A stretch of 63,991 bases of DNA, counting the filler, from Candidatus Hydrogenedentota bacterium (GTDB taxonomy: Bacteria > JBFMHD01): assembly GCA_040752395.1 (NCBI GenBank). It is 14 parts of 14 records of this genome, joined end to end, with 100 filler letters (N's around TTAATTAATTAA, not from the genome) between each part and the next. Parts side by side here need not be neighbours in the genome. Positions count along the whole stretch, not along the records: positions 22,877 to 25,378 come from JBFMHD010000301.1; positions 25,479 to 27,948 come from JBFMHD010000303.1; positions 28,049 to 30,490 come from JBFMHD010000304.1; positions 30,591 to 32,988 come from JBFMHD010000305.1; 10 more parts are not named here. The stretch is one strand, 5' to 3'. Within the stretch, counting starts at the first letter, position 1; the number at the start of each line of letters is the position of its first letter. Positions 22,877-33,088 of this stretch are shown one piece after another. The notes beneath the pieces were generated by a model. It had not been told where the DNA came from and ran no database searches. It worked only from the letters and a program-made list of their open reading frames with translations. Position numbers and translations under genes: made by a program.

Positions 22877-23394
22877 GTATAGACCCTGAACATATCCGTT
22901 GACAAAAGTGTTTGCATTTCTTTTGCAAAATGAGCATCAGTGGAAGCAACAACAACTGCTGCAGGTATATTTTTTGACACTTCTTCAGCATGACTTGGCC
23001 CTGATAAAACAGCGATCTTTTTATATCCTGCTTTTCTAATTACTTCACTTAATCTTAAACCGTTTTCAGTAAAGCCTTTTGCAACATTTAATATAGCAAC
23101 ATCATTTTTCAGGATTTTGCTTAATTTATCAAACATCGAGTGGAATTCAAACGAGGGCATAGCACATATTAATAACTCAGTCTCTTTAATTGAATCATAC
23201 AGAGATGAAGAAATTTGTATTTCCTTGGGAATTTTAATGCCAGGCAAAGCATCCTTATTTTCTCTGTATTTATTAATCTCCTGAACTTTATTTTCAAAGA
23301 GCTCAAATACTTTTAAATCTCTCTCTCCCTTTTTAAATAAATGAACACAAAGACATAAACCCCATGAACCGGCACCAAGTATCGTGATTCTCAT
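22877..23394 (-). CDS. gpsA: NAD(P)H-dependent glycerol-3-phosphate dehydrogenase (partial)
   Basis: GAGSWG, AKG, LSGPSHAEEV. Confidence 0.9.
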
Positions 23395-23437
23395 TTTATA
23401 ATTATATAACTTTAATAATTTCTGTCGAGAAATTTAT

Positions 23438-24061
23438 TCAGGTTATTATTTTATCTTTTATTTGTTTAGCTATATTAAAAGTATTACCGGCTTTATTCTG
23501 CTTTAGCGCTTCCTTGTCAATAAGTTCACTCATACCAACTGCATATGCACCGGCTTTGAGATAATCAAGAAGATTATCTTTATTTACCCCACCTGTTGGG
23601 ATAAGTTTAGCTTGAGGTAAAGCTGCAAGTATAGCTTTAATAAAGTTAGGTCCACCAAGAGATGAGGCAGGAAAAACTTTCACAACTTTTGCACCAGATT
23701 TGGTTCCATTAACTATCTCGGTTACAGTTCCACAACCAGGAATATAAAGTAAATTATTTGAGACTGCAAATTTCATAATATCAAAATCAAGATGTGGTGA
23801 AACAATAAATTTAGCACCTGCGTTTATTACCCCCTGTGCAGTACTACTATCCATAACAGTTCCTGCACCTAAAATAATGCCTTTTAGAAATGATAATTTT
23901 TTAATAATATCAATAGCTCCTTTCACAGTCATTGTTATCTCAATGATTCTGAAGCCGGCTTTTAATAGCTCATCTACCGCGATCTCGGTCTGAAGATGAT
24001 CTTCTGTTCTAAGAACAGGGATAATTTTTTCTTTACCAATTAATTCTAAAATATCATCCAT
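23438..24061 (-). CDS. eda: KDPG/KHG aldolase
   Basis: IEIT, GAGTV, FIVSP, VKVFPA, PTGGV. Confidence 0.9.
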   Translation of the reverse strand: MDDILELIGKEKIIPVLRTEDHLQTEIAVDELLKAGFRIIEITMTVKGAIDIIKKLSFLKGIILGAGTVMDSSTAQGVINAGAKFIVSPHLDFDIMKFAVSNNLLYIPGCGTVTEIVNGTKSGAKVVKVFPASSLGGPNFIKAILAALPQAKLIPTGGVNKDNLLDYLKAGAYAVGMSELIDKEALKQNKAGNTFNIAKQIKDKIIT

Positions 24062-24062
24062 A

Positions 24063-24358
24063 TATTCCCCTCAGTTTCCGGTGTTCGATGTTCGGTTCAC
24101 CGATAACCTAAAACCCAAAACCTATAACCGAATATCTTGCTTCTTGCTCTTTGTCGCTTCGCTCCATTATAAATTTAGGCTTCGAGCCACTGGCTTCAGG
24201 CTCCAGTTGAAAAGTCGGGAGCCACGAGCCCAGAATCGTAAAATCAGTCAATAAGTCGTAAGTCAAGGACTGACGACTCAAGACTCCCCAGACTGATTTC
24301 ATTTTGCAATTTCCAATTTCCAATCTTCAATTCCGAATATCCTGTATCTTGCTTCTTG
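24063..24358. repeat. Mosaic of heptad modules ending in the terminal motif that provides the eda SD
   Basis: TATTCCCCTCAGT; TTCGG/AACC module matching 59624-59690 inverted; AGTC/GACT and TTTCCAA modules. Confidence 0.85.
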
Positions 24359-25274
24359 ACTCAAAATATGGTATAGTCCTTTTTAGACCATCTTCTAATT
24401 TAATTTTTGGTTCCCATTTTAATAATTCTTTAGCAAGAGAAATGTCTGGTTTTCTTACTTTCGGGTCATCCTCAGGCAAATTTTTAAACACGATTTTGCT
24501 TTTAGATTTCGTAATCTTTTTTATAAGTTCGGCTAGTTCTAAAATAGATATTTCATCAGAATTACCAATATTCACCGGGCCATTATAATCAGAGAGAAGA
24601 AATTTATAAAGACCATCTATCAAATCATCAACATAGCATAGACTCCTTGTCTGTGTTCCATCACCGAATACTGTAATGTCTTCATTATTTAAAGCCTGAG
24701 TTATAAAATTAGGCACAACTCTACCATCATCAATTCTCATAGATGGACCATAGGTATTAAATATTCTTGCTATTCTAACCGGTATTTTATGTACTCTGTG
24801 ATAGGCCATAGTCATAGCTTCACTGAAACGTTTAGCTTCATCATAAACTCCTCTTATACCGATTGTATTAACATTACCCCAGTAAGACTCATTCTGGGGA
24901 TGCATCTTTGGGTCACCATAAACCTCACTCGACGAAGCGAGCATAAAAACAGCCTTTTTTGCCGTTGCAAGTCCAAGAGCTTTATGGGTTCCTAAAGAGC
25001 CAACTTTCAATGTCTGAATCGGGAGTTTTATGTAATCAATTGGGCTTGCTGGTGAGGCGAAATGTATAACAAAATCGACTTTGCCTGGAATATGGATATA
25101 ATTTGTGACATCATATTTTATAAAAGAAAAGAATTCACCAGGTAAATCATTAATGTTTTCAGTATTACCTGTCAAAAAATTATCGATGCCTATAACAGAG
25201 ATGCCTTCTTTAATAAGTTTATGACAAAGATGCGAACCCAAAAATCCAGCTGCCCCAGTAATAACTGCTCGCAT
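24327..25274 (-). CDS. UDP-glucuronate decarboxylase-family SDR
   Basis: [29 protein letters not shown]. Confidence 0.9.
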   Translation of the reverse strand: MRAVITGAAGFLGSHLCHKLIKEGISVIGIDNFLTGNTENINDLPGEFFSFIKYDVTNYIHIPGKVDFVIHFASPASPIDYIKLPIQTLKVGSLGTHKALGLATAKKAVFMLASSSEVYGDPKMHPQNESYWGNVNTIGIRGVYDEAKRFSEAMTMAYHRVHKIPVRIARIFNTYGPSMRIDDGRVVPNFITQALNNEDITVFGDGTQTRSLCYVDDLIDGLYKFLLSDYNGPVNIGNSDEISILELAELIKKITKSKSKIVFKNLPEDDPKVRKPDISLAKELLKWEPKIKLEDGLKRTIPYFESRSKIQDIRN

Positions 25275-25279
25275 ATAAT

Positions 25280-25378
25280 CTCCTCTGAAAAACATTCTAA
25301 CTCTAATAATATCAAGTAGAAGCAAGAGGCAAGAAGCAAGAAGCAAGATAACGGAAGAAGTGAGAGGTATCAGGACGG
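25280..25378 (-). repeat. AGCAAG heptad module plus SD-bearing terminal module
   Basis: Minus strand TTGATATTATTAGAGTTAGAATGTTTTTCAGAGGAG-ATTAT-ATG. Confidence 0.9.
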
Positions 25379-25541
25379 NNNNNNNNNNNNNNNNNNNNNN
25401 NNNNNNNNNNNNNNNNNNNNNNTTAATTAATTAANNNNNNNNNNNNNNNNNNNNNNNNNNNNNNNNNNNNNNNNNNNNTCTTAACGGAAAAGAAAGATAA
25501 CGAACGAAGCAAGAAGCAAGAGGCAATAACTGACGAATTAC

Positions 25542-25683
25542 TATTATTATAGAAGTTAATATCCCTGCAATAATGTCATCCATCACGACTCCCAACCCAC
25601 CTTTAAATCTTTCCATTTTATTCATCGGATAACATTTAATAATATCAAGGACTCTGAAAATAATAAAGCTTAATGCTGTGAAC
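25542..25683 (-). pseudogene. pgpA: Fragment of phosphatidylglycerophosphatase A
   Basis: FIIFRVLDIIKCYPMNKMERFKGGLGVVMDDIIAG; no 5' part; ends at terminal motif 25529-25541. Confidence 0.7.
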
Positions 25684-25697
25684 TAAAATGTTATAAT

Positions 25698-26126
25698 TTA
25701 AAAATATTTGTTTTTAAATATATTCAAATATTCCTGTGCATCAACTATTATCATATCACGTACTTTATAGTCTTCCTTGTTTCTGGTGATTATTGTATGA
25801 ATTCCATTATTTTTTGCTGTATAATACTGAACAGCGTCCTCAAAATCTTTAAAAGAAGAGACTAAAGATAACTCAATTATTTTCGAATCAATTGTCAGTA
25901 TATTTGTTAATATATTTAATTTGCCTAATATTTCTTTAGCTTTTGCAACCGATTTTTCTTTCCTTACAATATAAAATAAGTTCGAAAATATTAAAGGCGA
26001 TACGCACCCTGTTATTTTGTTATATTCAATCAGAGAGAATAGATCGGCAGCATATCTGCTGTAAGGTCTTCTATCTAAAAACAAATCAAGAATAATGTCG
26101 GTATCAATAAAAACTTTGTCTTTCAT
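25698..26126 (-). CDS. PIN-domain (VapC-like) toxin
   Basis: VFIDTDIILD, KDFEDAVQY, IITRNKEDY. Confidence 0.9.
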   Translation of the reverse strand: MKDKVFIDTDIILDLFLDRRPYSRYAADLFSLIEYNKITGCVSPLIFSNLFYIVRKEKSVAKAKEILGKLNILTNILTIDSKIIELSLVSSFKDFEDAVQYYTAKNNGIHTIITRNKEDYKVRDMIIVDAQEYLNIFKNKYF

Positions 26127-26371
26127 TTATATTTATCAGTCAGATATGCTGAATATTCTTTATTAACTTCGTCGAGATTTACACCTTTTATTACACCTAA
26201 GAGTTCAGAAGTAATAGCCGGATATTTTTCTTTATTCGGTTTTGTTAAAGATACTGCGTTAAAAAACTTTTTTACCAGGGCAGATATACTGGCATTCTGC
26301 TTTTTTGCATAGGTTCTAGCGTTAATAATTGTCTCTTCATCCAGTAAGAGTGTCAATTTGTGGTTCCTCAT
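26123..26371 (-). CDS. DUF6364-like antitoxin
   Basis: KLTLLLDEETIINARTYAKKQNASISALV; overlaps the PIN gene. Confidence 0.8.
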   Translation of the reverse strand: MRNHKLTLLLDEETIINARTYAKKQNASISALVKKFFNAVSLTKPNKEKYPAITSELLGVIKGVNLDEVNKEYSAYLTDKYK

Positions 26372-26433
26372 AAGCCTACCATATACTTATAAATTATATC
26401 ATATTATACGAATTATACAAGTAATAATTGAGA

Positions 26434-26497
26434 TTTTTATCCATCTCTTGATTTTATGTCAATTGTTTTATTATGCAAATTATAGTATCCCCTCAGT
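26434..26497 (-). promoter_or_regulatory. Portable terminal-motif plus promoter unit, copy 1
   Basis: ACTGAGGGGATAC-N22-TTGACA-N17-TAAAAA; near-identical to 27813-27876. Confidence 0.75.
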
Positions 26498-26626
26498 CTT
26501 CTTGCTCCCACACCAATTGTTTATTAGACAGCTATTGTTTTCTGGCAATTGGTTTGTAGCGTTTGCTTCTTGCTTTTATTTGAGATTATCATAGTTACAA
26601 AATTTTTCAGGGGAGTGATTAACTAA

Positions 26627-27124
26627 CTATATCTCTTCAAAGACAATCCTTGATGCCTCAACAAAATCATTAGCATTATTCTTTATATTCTTTAAAATCT
26701 CATAATCAACTTCAATCTCAGTACCATATTGGAACTCTTCTCTTAGAGCCTTGGCATCACTACCCATCAACACGTCTGTCCTTCTAATCATTGCTATAAA
26801 TTTTGGATCAAATTTTATCTTTCCTGTCTTTATGAGAAACTCTATTGCATTAATCGTGCACTCCTGATTCTTTGAGTCATATCCTGATTTATAAAGAATA
26901 GCTAATAATGAGTGATACATTGCATAAAAAGCAGCTGAGACAGCCCAATCTCCAAACCCACCTTTTATGTTATATTCAACAGCTTCAAGATTATGTAAAG
27001 CTTTTTGTATATGATTACTTGCTTCGTTATTATCGGGTCTTATTTTTCTTAAACCCCTATGCTTTCTACCACCTTTTCTGCCTTTTTCAAGACACCATTT
27101 AAACTTTCTTTCTATAATATCCAT
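26627..27124 (-). CDS. HEPN-domain protein
   Basis: AFYAMYHSLLAIL, SKNQECT, LREEFQY; paired with MNT. Confidence 0.8.
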   Translation of the reverse strand: MDIIERKFKWCLEKGRKGGRKHRGLRKIRPDNNEASNHIQKALHNLEAVEYNIKGGFGDWAVSAAFYAMYHSLLAILYKSGYDSKNQECTINAIEFLIKTGKIKFDPKFIAMIRRTDVLMGSDAKALREEFQYGTEIEVDYEILKNIKNNANDFVEASRIVFEEI

Positions 27125-27747
27125 TATACGTTCCTCAGTGTTCTTATTATTTCATCTTCACCAAAAAGTATTACACCTTTTCTAAGTATATCTACTATAA
27201 CCTTGTCTTGTTTTTTTATGTTCTTTTGTAAATCTGACGCTGTCATTGTTAGAGGGTTTACTCTTCTGGGTCTTAGATTTGAAAGTTTAAGACAAAAATC
27301 TTCAACCTTTTTTGATTTTCCTTTATCTACGATAAACAGCACATCAACATCTTTTGCGTCTTTTCTATTAAGAATAGAACCGAAAAGAATAACTGATTTA
27401 CTAAATGTTTCTACTTTCTGTAAGTCCTTAGCATATATTGAAGCATGGGGATTTTTTGCAAGTGCTTTGTTTCTGTTCTCTATTAATACTAACTCTGCAA
27501 TAATTTCTGTTTCTTTATTTTTAAGATTTAGATTGTAATAAATTCCATTACCTATTTTCTCCGACACAAAAATCTGTTTTTTCTCAAGTGATTTGAGTAT
27601 CTTATAAGCACTGCCAACACTTATTTTCAGATTTCTGGCGATCTGATTTACATTAAACTTATTGGGAATATTTTTGACGAAATATTCTATTATTTTAGTT
27701 AGATTAAGCGGTAACAATTTATTCACCCTTAATGAATATTCATTCAC
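27124..27747 (-). CDS. wHTH plus minimal nucleotidyltransferase (MNT)
   Basis: N-terminal HTH; ILFGS...DVDVLF. Confidence 0.85.
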   Translation of the reverse strand: MNEYSLRVNKLLPLNLTKIIEYFVKNIPNKFNVNQIARNLKISVGSAYKILKSLEKKQIFVSEKIGNGIYYNLNLKNKETEIIAELVLIENRNKALAKNPHASIYAKDLQKVETFSKSVILFGSILNRKDAKDVDVLFIVDKGKSKKVEDFCLKLSNLRPRRVNPLTMTASDLQKNIKKQDKVIVDILRKGVILFGEDEIIRTLRNV

Positions 27748-27812
27748 TTTCTGAAAATATCACTTCGTGGTTTTCATCTCCCTCGTCGTTTAATCTCTTT
27801 TGGTCTAACTAA

Positions 27813-27876
27813 TTTTTATCCCTCTCTTGATTTTATGTCAATTGTTTTATTATGCATATTATTGTACTCCCTCAGT
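27813..27876 (-). promoter_or_regulatory. Portable terminal-motif plus promoter unit, copy 2
   Basis: ACTGAGGGAGTAC-N22-TTGACA-N17-TAAAAA. Confidence 0.75.
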
Positions 27877-28048
27877 TATAGGTTATATAATAGAAGCAAG
27901 AAGCAAGAGGCAAGAAGCAAGAAACGGCAAGCAAGAGGCAAGAGGCAANNNNNNNNNNNNNNNNNNNNNNNNNNNNNNNNNNNNNNNNNNNNTTAATTAA
28001 TTAANNNNNNNNNNNNNNNNNNNNNNNNNNNNNNNNNNNNNNNNNNNN

Positions 28049-28306
28049 TCAGCAGGCTCTGGGCTTTTGGCTCCAGCCGGCTGTAGTCCGTAGCCTGTAG
28101 CCTGTAGCCCGTCCTGACACCTCTCACTTCTTACTTCCCACTTCTTCTCCACCTATAACCGAGGGAATACAGGAAAGAATAAAAACAGATTGACGTTAAA
28201 CAGCTATTATGTTATAAGAAGAAAAGAGTGTGTAATGCCTCAGTCTTCGGTTTTAGTCTCTTTATCTTGTTTCTTGCTTCTTACTCATCTATAACTGAGG
28301 GATTAC
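28049..28306. repeat. Composite repeat, promoter and a second inverted-repeat-bounded element
   Basis: ACCGAGGGAATAC 28158-28170; TTGACG-N17-TATAAG 28190-28218; GTAATGCCTCAGT 28232 ... ACTGAGGGATTAC 28306. Confidence 0.85.
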
Positions 28307-28332
28307 AAGAATACCATATTGGAGGTTTCACC

Positions 28333-28515
28333 GTGGGTACAACAAAAGCTACCATTTATTTTGATAGCGGATTATACAAAGCTTTTAAAGTCAGGGCTGC
28401 AATGATAGGCACAAGTGTAACCGAAATAGTTAATGAAGCTGTTAAAAAGCATATTACAGAAGATGCTATGGATTTAAAGACTATAAGGGATTGTGAAAAA
28501 GAAGAAGAAACATAG
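28333..28515 (+). CDS. CopG/RHH-like small protein
   Basis: KATIYFDSGLYKAFKVRAA...SVTEIVNEAV; GGAGG SD. Confidence 0.7.
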   Translation: MGTTKATIYFDSGLYKAFKVRAAMIGTSVTEIVNEAVKKHITEDAMDLKTIRDCEKEEET

Positions 28516-28574
28516 AATGAGGTGATATGAAAAAATAAGAAATGAGAAATGGGAAATAACAGCAAGGAGTTACC

Positions 28575-28994
28575 ATGGGAAAAGTATTTGAAAAAATTAA
28601 AATATACAATTTATTTGATATAGAAAAAGCCGAACAAGGATTAATAAAAGAATCACAAATAAGACACGTTGAGGTAGAGGGTTTAATTGATACAGGAGCA
28701 ACACTACTTCAATTACCACAAGAGATTGTTAATATATTAGGATTAAAAGTCTATCGTGAAGTGACTGCAAAGTATGCGGATGGACGTAAAGGGAAAAAAG
28801 GCGTTGCATATGGAGCCCTTATAAAAATATTAGGAAGAGAAGCAACTGTAGAATGTGTTGTTGAACCTGAAAACAAACAGGTACTCATTGGTCAAATACC
28901 CCTTGAAGCAATGGATTTAGTTGTTGACTGTAGAACAAACAAACTTGGGCCAAGACCCGAATCACCTGATATAGCTATGATAGATATGTTTTAG
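28575..28994 (+). CDS. Clan AA aspartic protease (AF_0612-like)
   Basis: GLIDTGAT, VLIGQIPLEAMDLVVD. Confidence 0.85.
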   Translation: MGKVFEKIKIYNLFDIEKAEQGLIKESQIRHVEVEGLIDTGATLLQLPQEIVNILGLKVYREVTAKYADGRKGKKGVAYGALIKILGREATVECVVEPENKQVLIGQIPLEAMDLVVDCRTNKLGPRPESPDIAMIDMF

Positions 28995-29023
28995 GGAGAC
29001 GAAAGACAGGAGACAGGAGACAA

Positions 29024-29602
29024 ATGAGTGAATTTATAAAAGATAGATTACTGAGCAGTGCTGATTTGTTTAAAAGATTAGCTTTTGATAATGAGCTTAT
29101 TGATTCTTTTTATAAAACACTTGATGTTATTGTATTGAGTTTGAAAGCCGGGAATAAAATATTAATTGCAGGGAATGGCGGCAGTGCTGCGGATAGCATC
29201 CATTTTACAGCTGAGATGGTTGGGAGATTCAAGAAAGAGAGAGACCCGCTGCCGTGTATAGCGATTGTCTCCAATATCTCGAATTTGACCTGCATAGCTA
29301 ATGATTATTCATTTGATGAAGTCTTTGCACGCCAGATAAGAGCGCTCGGGAACAAGGCAGATGTTTTTATAGGGATAAGTACAAGCGGAAATTCCGAGAA
29401 TGTTATACGGGCTTGTAAAGTAGCTAAAGAGATAGGGATAACAGTAATCGGGTTGACGGGCCGTGATGGTGGTAGAATGAAAGATTATGTTGATATAAAC
29501 CTGCTTGTAAAAGAAAATGAAACACCAATGATTCAGGAAGCTCATATAACAATATTGCATTCGCTTGCAGAAGAGATAGAGAAAAGATTATTCAAAGATT
29601 AA
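29024..29602 (+). CDS. gmhA: D-sedoheptulose-7-phosphate isomerase
   Basis: GNGGSAAD, ANDY, ISTSGNS, IQEAH. Confidence 0.95.
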   Translation: MSEFIKDRLLSSADLFKRLAFDNELIDSFYKTLDVIVLSLKAGNKILIAGNGGSAADSIHFTAEMVGRFKKERDPLPCIAIVSNISNLTCIANDYSFDEVFARQIRALGNKADVFIGISTSGNSENVIRACKVAKEIGITVIGLTGRDGGRMKDYVDINLLVKENETPMIQEAHITILHSLAEEIEKRLFKD

Positions 29603-29627
29603 AAAAGATTCAAAGGTTGTTTGATTT

Positions 29628-30490
29628 ATGGTTTATTCTAAATTAAGTAAGATTGTCAAAGATTTTGAAAAAAAGAAGATACTGGTAGTTGGTGATTTAA
29701 TGCTTGATGAATATGTATTCGGGAATGTGGAGCGGATTTCACCTGAAGCACCTGTACCCGTAGTTCATATTAGAAGCAAGTCATACACACCAGGTGGCGC
29801 TGCAAATGTAGCCAATAATATTGTATCGCTTGGTGCAAAGATTGTATTAGTTGGTATCATTGGGAAAGATGAGTCAGGTAGGATACTGAAAGAAAAATTA
29901 CAGGAAAAAGGCATAGAGACAAGCAGCATTATAATAGATAAAAATAGGCCAACAATAACAAAACAGAGGATCATAGCTCAAACACAGCAGATAGTAAGGA
30001 TAGATACTGAAGAGATAGGGCCCCCGCAACAAGAGACCCAGAATCAAATAGAAAAAATAATATATAAACATAAAGATATTGATGCTATACTTATCTCTGA
30101 TTATGATAAAGGGTTAATAACAACAAGATTAATCGAGTATCTTGTGGTACTTGGGTTAAAGCAAAATATACCTGTAACTGTTGACCCACATATAACACAT
30201 TTCTTTATGTATAATAACGTGACTGTTCTTACCCCGAATCATAAAGAACTCGCAACTGCTACCTCAAAAAAGATACATAACGAAGCTGAACTTATACAGA
30301 CAGCACAGGACGTTATGAAAAGATTAAATTCCAAATATTTTATAGTTACGCGTGGTGAAGAAGGAATGACAATATTTTATAAAGATGGCAAATATAAACA
30401 TATACCAACACTGGCAAGAGAGGTTTATGATGTCACAGGTGCAGGTGATACTGTGATAGCTATTTTAACCTTATGTTTGAGTTTGAATTA
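29628..30490 (+). CDS. rfaE1: Heptose-7-phosphate kinase (RfaE/HldE domain I), partial
   Basis: GDLMLD, RISPEAPVPV, DVTGAGDT. Confidence 0.9.
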
Positions 30491-30590
30491 NNNNNNNNNN
30501 NNNNNNNNNNNNNNNNNNNNNNNNNNNNNNNNNNTTAATTAATTAANNNNNNNNNNNNNNNNNNNNNNNNNNNNNNNNNNNNNNNNNNNN

Positions 30591-30786
30591 GTCGTGAGTC
30601 AAAACAGGACTCGAGACTCAAGACTCAAGACTCAAGACTTTTCAGCAGGCTCCGGGCTTCGGGCTCCAGCCGGCTGTAGTCCGTAGCCTGTAGCCTGTAG
30701 CCTGTCCTGATACCTCTTACTTCTTCCGTTATCTTGCTTCTTGCTTCTACTTGATATTATTATAGTTACAAAGTTTTTCAGAGGAG
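30591..30786 (+). repeat. Full composite repeat ending TTTTTCAGAGGAG
   Basis: Same module order as 38004-38193. Confidence 0.95.
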
Positions 30787-30788
30787 GG

Positions 30789-31000
30789 ACTTTTTATAAT
30801 CTTGATAGCGGGTTCTGATGTTATACACATTGACTTGCGCTAGGAAATCAATATCATCCTCACTCAACTTGATTTTTCCATAGTTGTCTAGGATGACCAA
30901 ATCGTGAGAGTAAACAGCTTCTTCGCCGGTTAGTTCAATAATCTTTGCTTTTAACGTTTTTTTCTAAAGCAAGATGTCCGAAAAATAATGCCTCTAAATC
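30789..31000 (-). pseudogene. Frameshifted HEPN-domain remnant
   Basis: ALFFGHLALEK / TLKAKIIELTGEEAVYSHDL...FLAQVNVYNIRTRYQDYKK; cut at the repeat end. Confidence 0.7.
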
Positions 31001-31218
31001 TTGTGCAACAGGCTATATACCAAATTCTTTAATGAAGATTCGTTAATACAAGAATGGCTCATGGAAAAAGTCGGCTGAAACAGTAGTTTACAAGCCTCGA
31101 AAAACAATGATAAAACCAGAACCGTCCCCATTTTCATTTTCCCATTTTCCTACGTTTGCATTAGCTTCCACCATCGTATTACCCCGAACTTTATCAGTTG
31201 CATGGCTCAAACAATACT

Positions 31219-31494
31219 TTAAGTTGTTTTGAATTGGCCTGTTAAAAACTTATGGATAATGCTTGAGATCAAAGTTTGATAAGGCAATCCCTCCTGAACG
31301 GCTCTAATTTTTATTTTTTCGTAATCCCAGTCAGTTAAGCGAATATTAATTTTTTTATTTTTACTAAGTGTATTGCGTGCATAGTTCTGATATTTCTTTA
31401 TTTCATTCCCCATATTTTTAACAGCTATCCATTCGCCTCTCTCTATCTCTTTTTCAAGCTCTGCCTCGTTTTTATCTAATTCAATTTTTCTCAT
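31219..31494 (-). CDS. BrnA/CopG-like antitoxin
   Basis: KKINIRL...EGLPYQTLISSIIHK. Confidence 0.85.
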   Translation of the reverse strand: MRKIELDKNEAELEKEIERGEWIAVKNMGNEIKKYQNYARNTLSKNKKINIRLTDWDYEKIKIRAVQEGLPYQTLISSIIHKFLTGQFKTT

Positions 31495-31760
31495 ATATTC
31501 CTCCTGATGTATTTTTTTGTGGATATACGGCTCGGATAAATCGTTTTCATAAAACAGATGCCGTTATCTTGTTCTATAAAAGGGACATTGTATGCATATC
31601 CGTCACGTTCAACTATAAAAATTTTTTGGTTCTTTTTCGCTGGATGTTTTAAAACAGCTATTAAATGCCCTTCATCAATAAGACAAGTTATCTCATCAAA
31701 TGTTACCCCGCGGTTTTCTTTAAGCCAATTGTTTTTTTCTAAATTCCAATCAAATCTCAT
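31491..31760 (-). CDS. BrnT-like toxin
   Basis: FDWNLEKNNWLKENRGVTFDE, KTIYPSR. Confidence 0.85.
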   Translation of the reverse strand: MRFDWNLEKNNWLKENRGVTFDEITCLIDEGHLIAVLKHPAKKNQKIFIVERDGYAYNVPFIEQDNGICFMKTIYPSRISTKKYIRRNI

Positions 31761-31766
31761 ACTTTA

Positions 31767-31795
31767 ATTATATGACAATGCCTATCTTTTGTCAA
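31767..31795 (-). promoter_or_regulatory. Consensus sigma70 promoter for the TA pair
   Basis: TTGACA-N17-TATAAT, 20 nt from terminal motif at 31816. Confidence 0.8.
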
Positions 31796-31869
31796 TCTAT
31801 ATTTTTTATTTTCTTGTACTCCCTCAAGTTATTGGTGCGTTTGAATTTACTTAAGAAGTAAGAGGCAAG

Positions 31870-32245
31870 AAGCATTGTTTCCTCGCCGCCGGAAGGACAT
31901 TCATACATAGTCAAGTCTAATATTACAATCGGTTGCCCGTTGCGATAGAATATCTTATCGGCTTTTTTTCTTTCAATGCTTGAGCGCATCCATTCAGACA
32001 TTGAATTGCATCATAATCTCTTTTCAGCAGCCAGCTGACCGTAGAATTGGATATACCCATATCTGCGAGGAATCTTATTGTTATATACCAAAGGCAGGAT
32101 GTAATTCCTCGCTGGCAAGCACGGAAAGGGACAAGATATTAATCAAAACTTCCTCACCCGCATAAATAGCATGAAAGTGAGGAGGATTATGGTCATCCCA
32201 GAACATTTTGATCGTAATACCGAAAAATCTGGAAATTTCAGGCAT
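31870..32245 (-). pseudogene. Fused remnants: DUF4160 N-terminus, DUF5615 PIN-like N-terminus, YgiT-type zinc finger
   Basis: MPEISRFFGITIKMFWDDHNPPHFHA (32245-32081); IRFLADMGISNSTVSWL (32078-32000); FYRNGQPIVILDLTMYECPSGGE. Confidence 0.7.
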
Positions 32246-32522
32246 ACGTTTTTTCATGCTTTAAAGTAGGAAATACATCTTCCGGCTTTTTCCCCGTAAC
32301 TTTCATATACAATGAGTCCGGGCAAAGATCGATATCTCCAGGCCATACCAGTTCTCCATGTTGTCCTATCTTAACCTGACGAAACACCTCTTTGTCGTTC
32401 CATAGGGAAAAGACACCATGTCCAGCCAATTGGGACAGGTCAACAATGCCACAGGTATTGTCAGCAAAGGTGATTTCAATTCGATAATCTTCCAACACGG
32501 TGATTTTAGTTATCTTATGCAT
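32238..32522 (-). CDS. DUF2442-domain protein
   Basis: YRIEITFAD...GELVWPGDIDLCPDSLY. Confidence 0.85.
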   Translation of the reverse strand: MHKITKITVLEDYRIEITFADNTCGIVDLSQLAGHGVFSLWNDKEVFRQVKIGQHGELVWPGDIDLCPDSLYMKVTGKKPEDVFPTLKHEKTYA

Positions 32523-32803
32523 TATGAACAATCCTCAAAACTCATATTATACTTTTTATTATAAGTTATTTCTCAATTTTTGTCAAAAACTATCCGTTCC
32601 CTTTTTCGTCTTGCCGATACCATTAGCTTTTCTATACTCACTTCTGGTATAATTTTGCACTATCCCCCTTAAGTCCCTCATATGCCCAATGCTTAATCCA
32701 TCACGAAGCGGTCCTCAAAAATCAGAACCGTTCCCATTTTCTATTTTGTCCATCAGCCATACTATCTATCCAGATTGTACATTTATATTTAGCAGATTCA
32801 TAT

Positions 32804-32936
32804 AACTATAGTTAAGCAGAAAATACAAGATAAAAATTCATAAAAAAGTGAATTTAAGAGTGTTATTTATGTCTAATATTTTTTTATTGTTTGTGGGGAA
32901 CATACACAAAGTATCAAAAATTAATTTTTTGATACA
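32804..32936 (+). repeat. 133-bp repeat, copy 1
   Basis: 2 mismatches versus 35225-35357; ends in palindrome GTATCAAAAATTAATTTTTTGATAC. Confidence 0.9.
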
Positions 32937-33088
32937 GCATCCCATAATTCAGGGCTATTTTTACCATATTCCTGATGACTCCATAAAGNNNNNNNNNNNN
33001 NNNNNNNNNNNNNNNNNNNNNNNNNNNNNNNNTTAATTAATTAANNNNNNNNNNNNNNNNNNNNNNNNNNNNNNNNNNNNNNNNNNNN

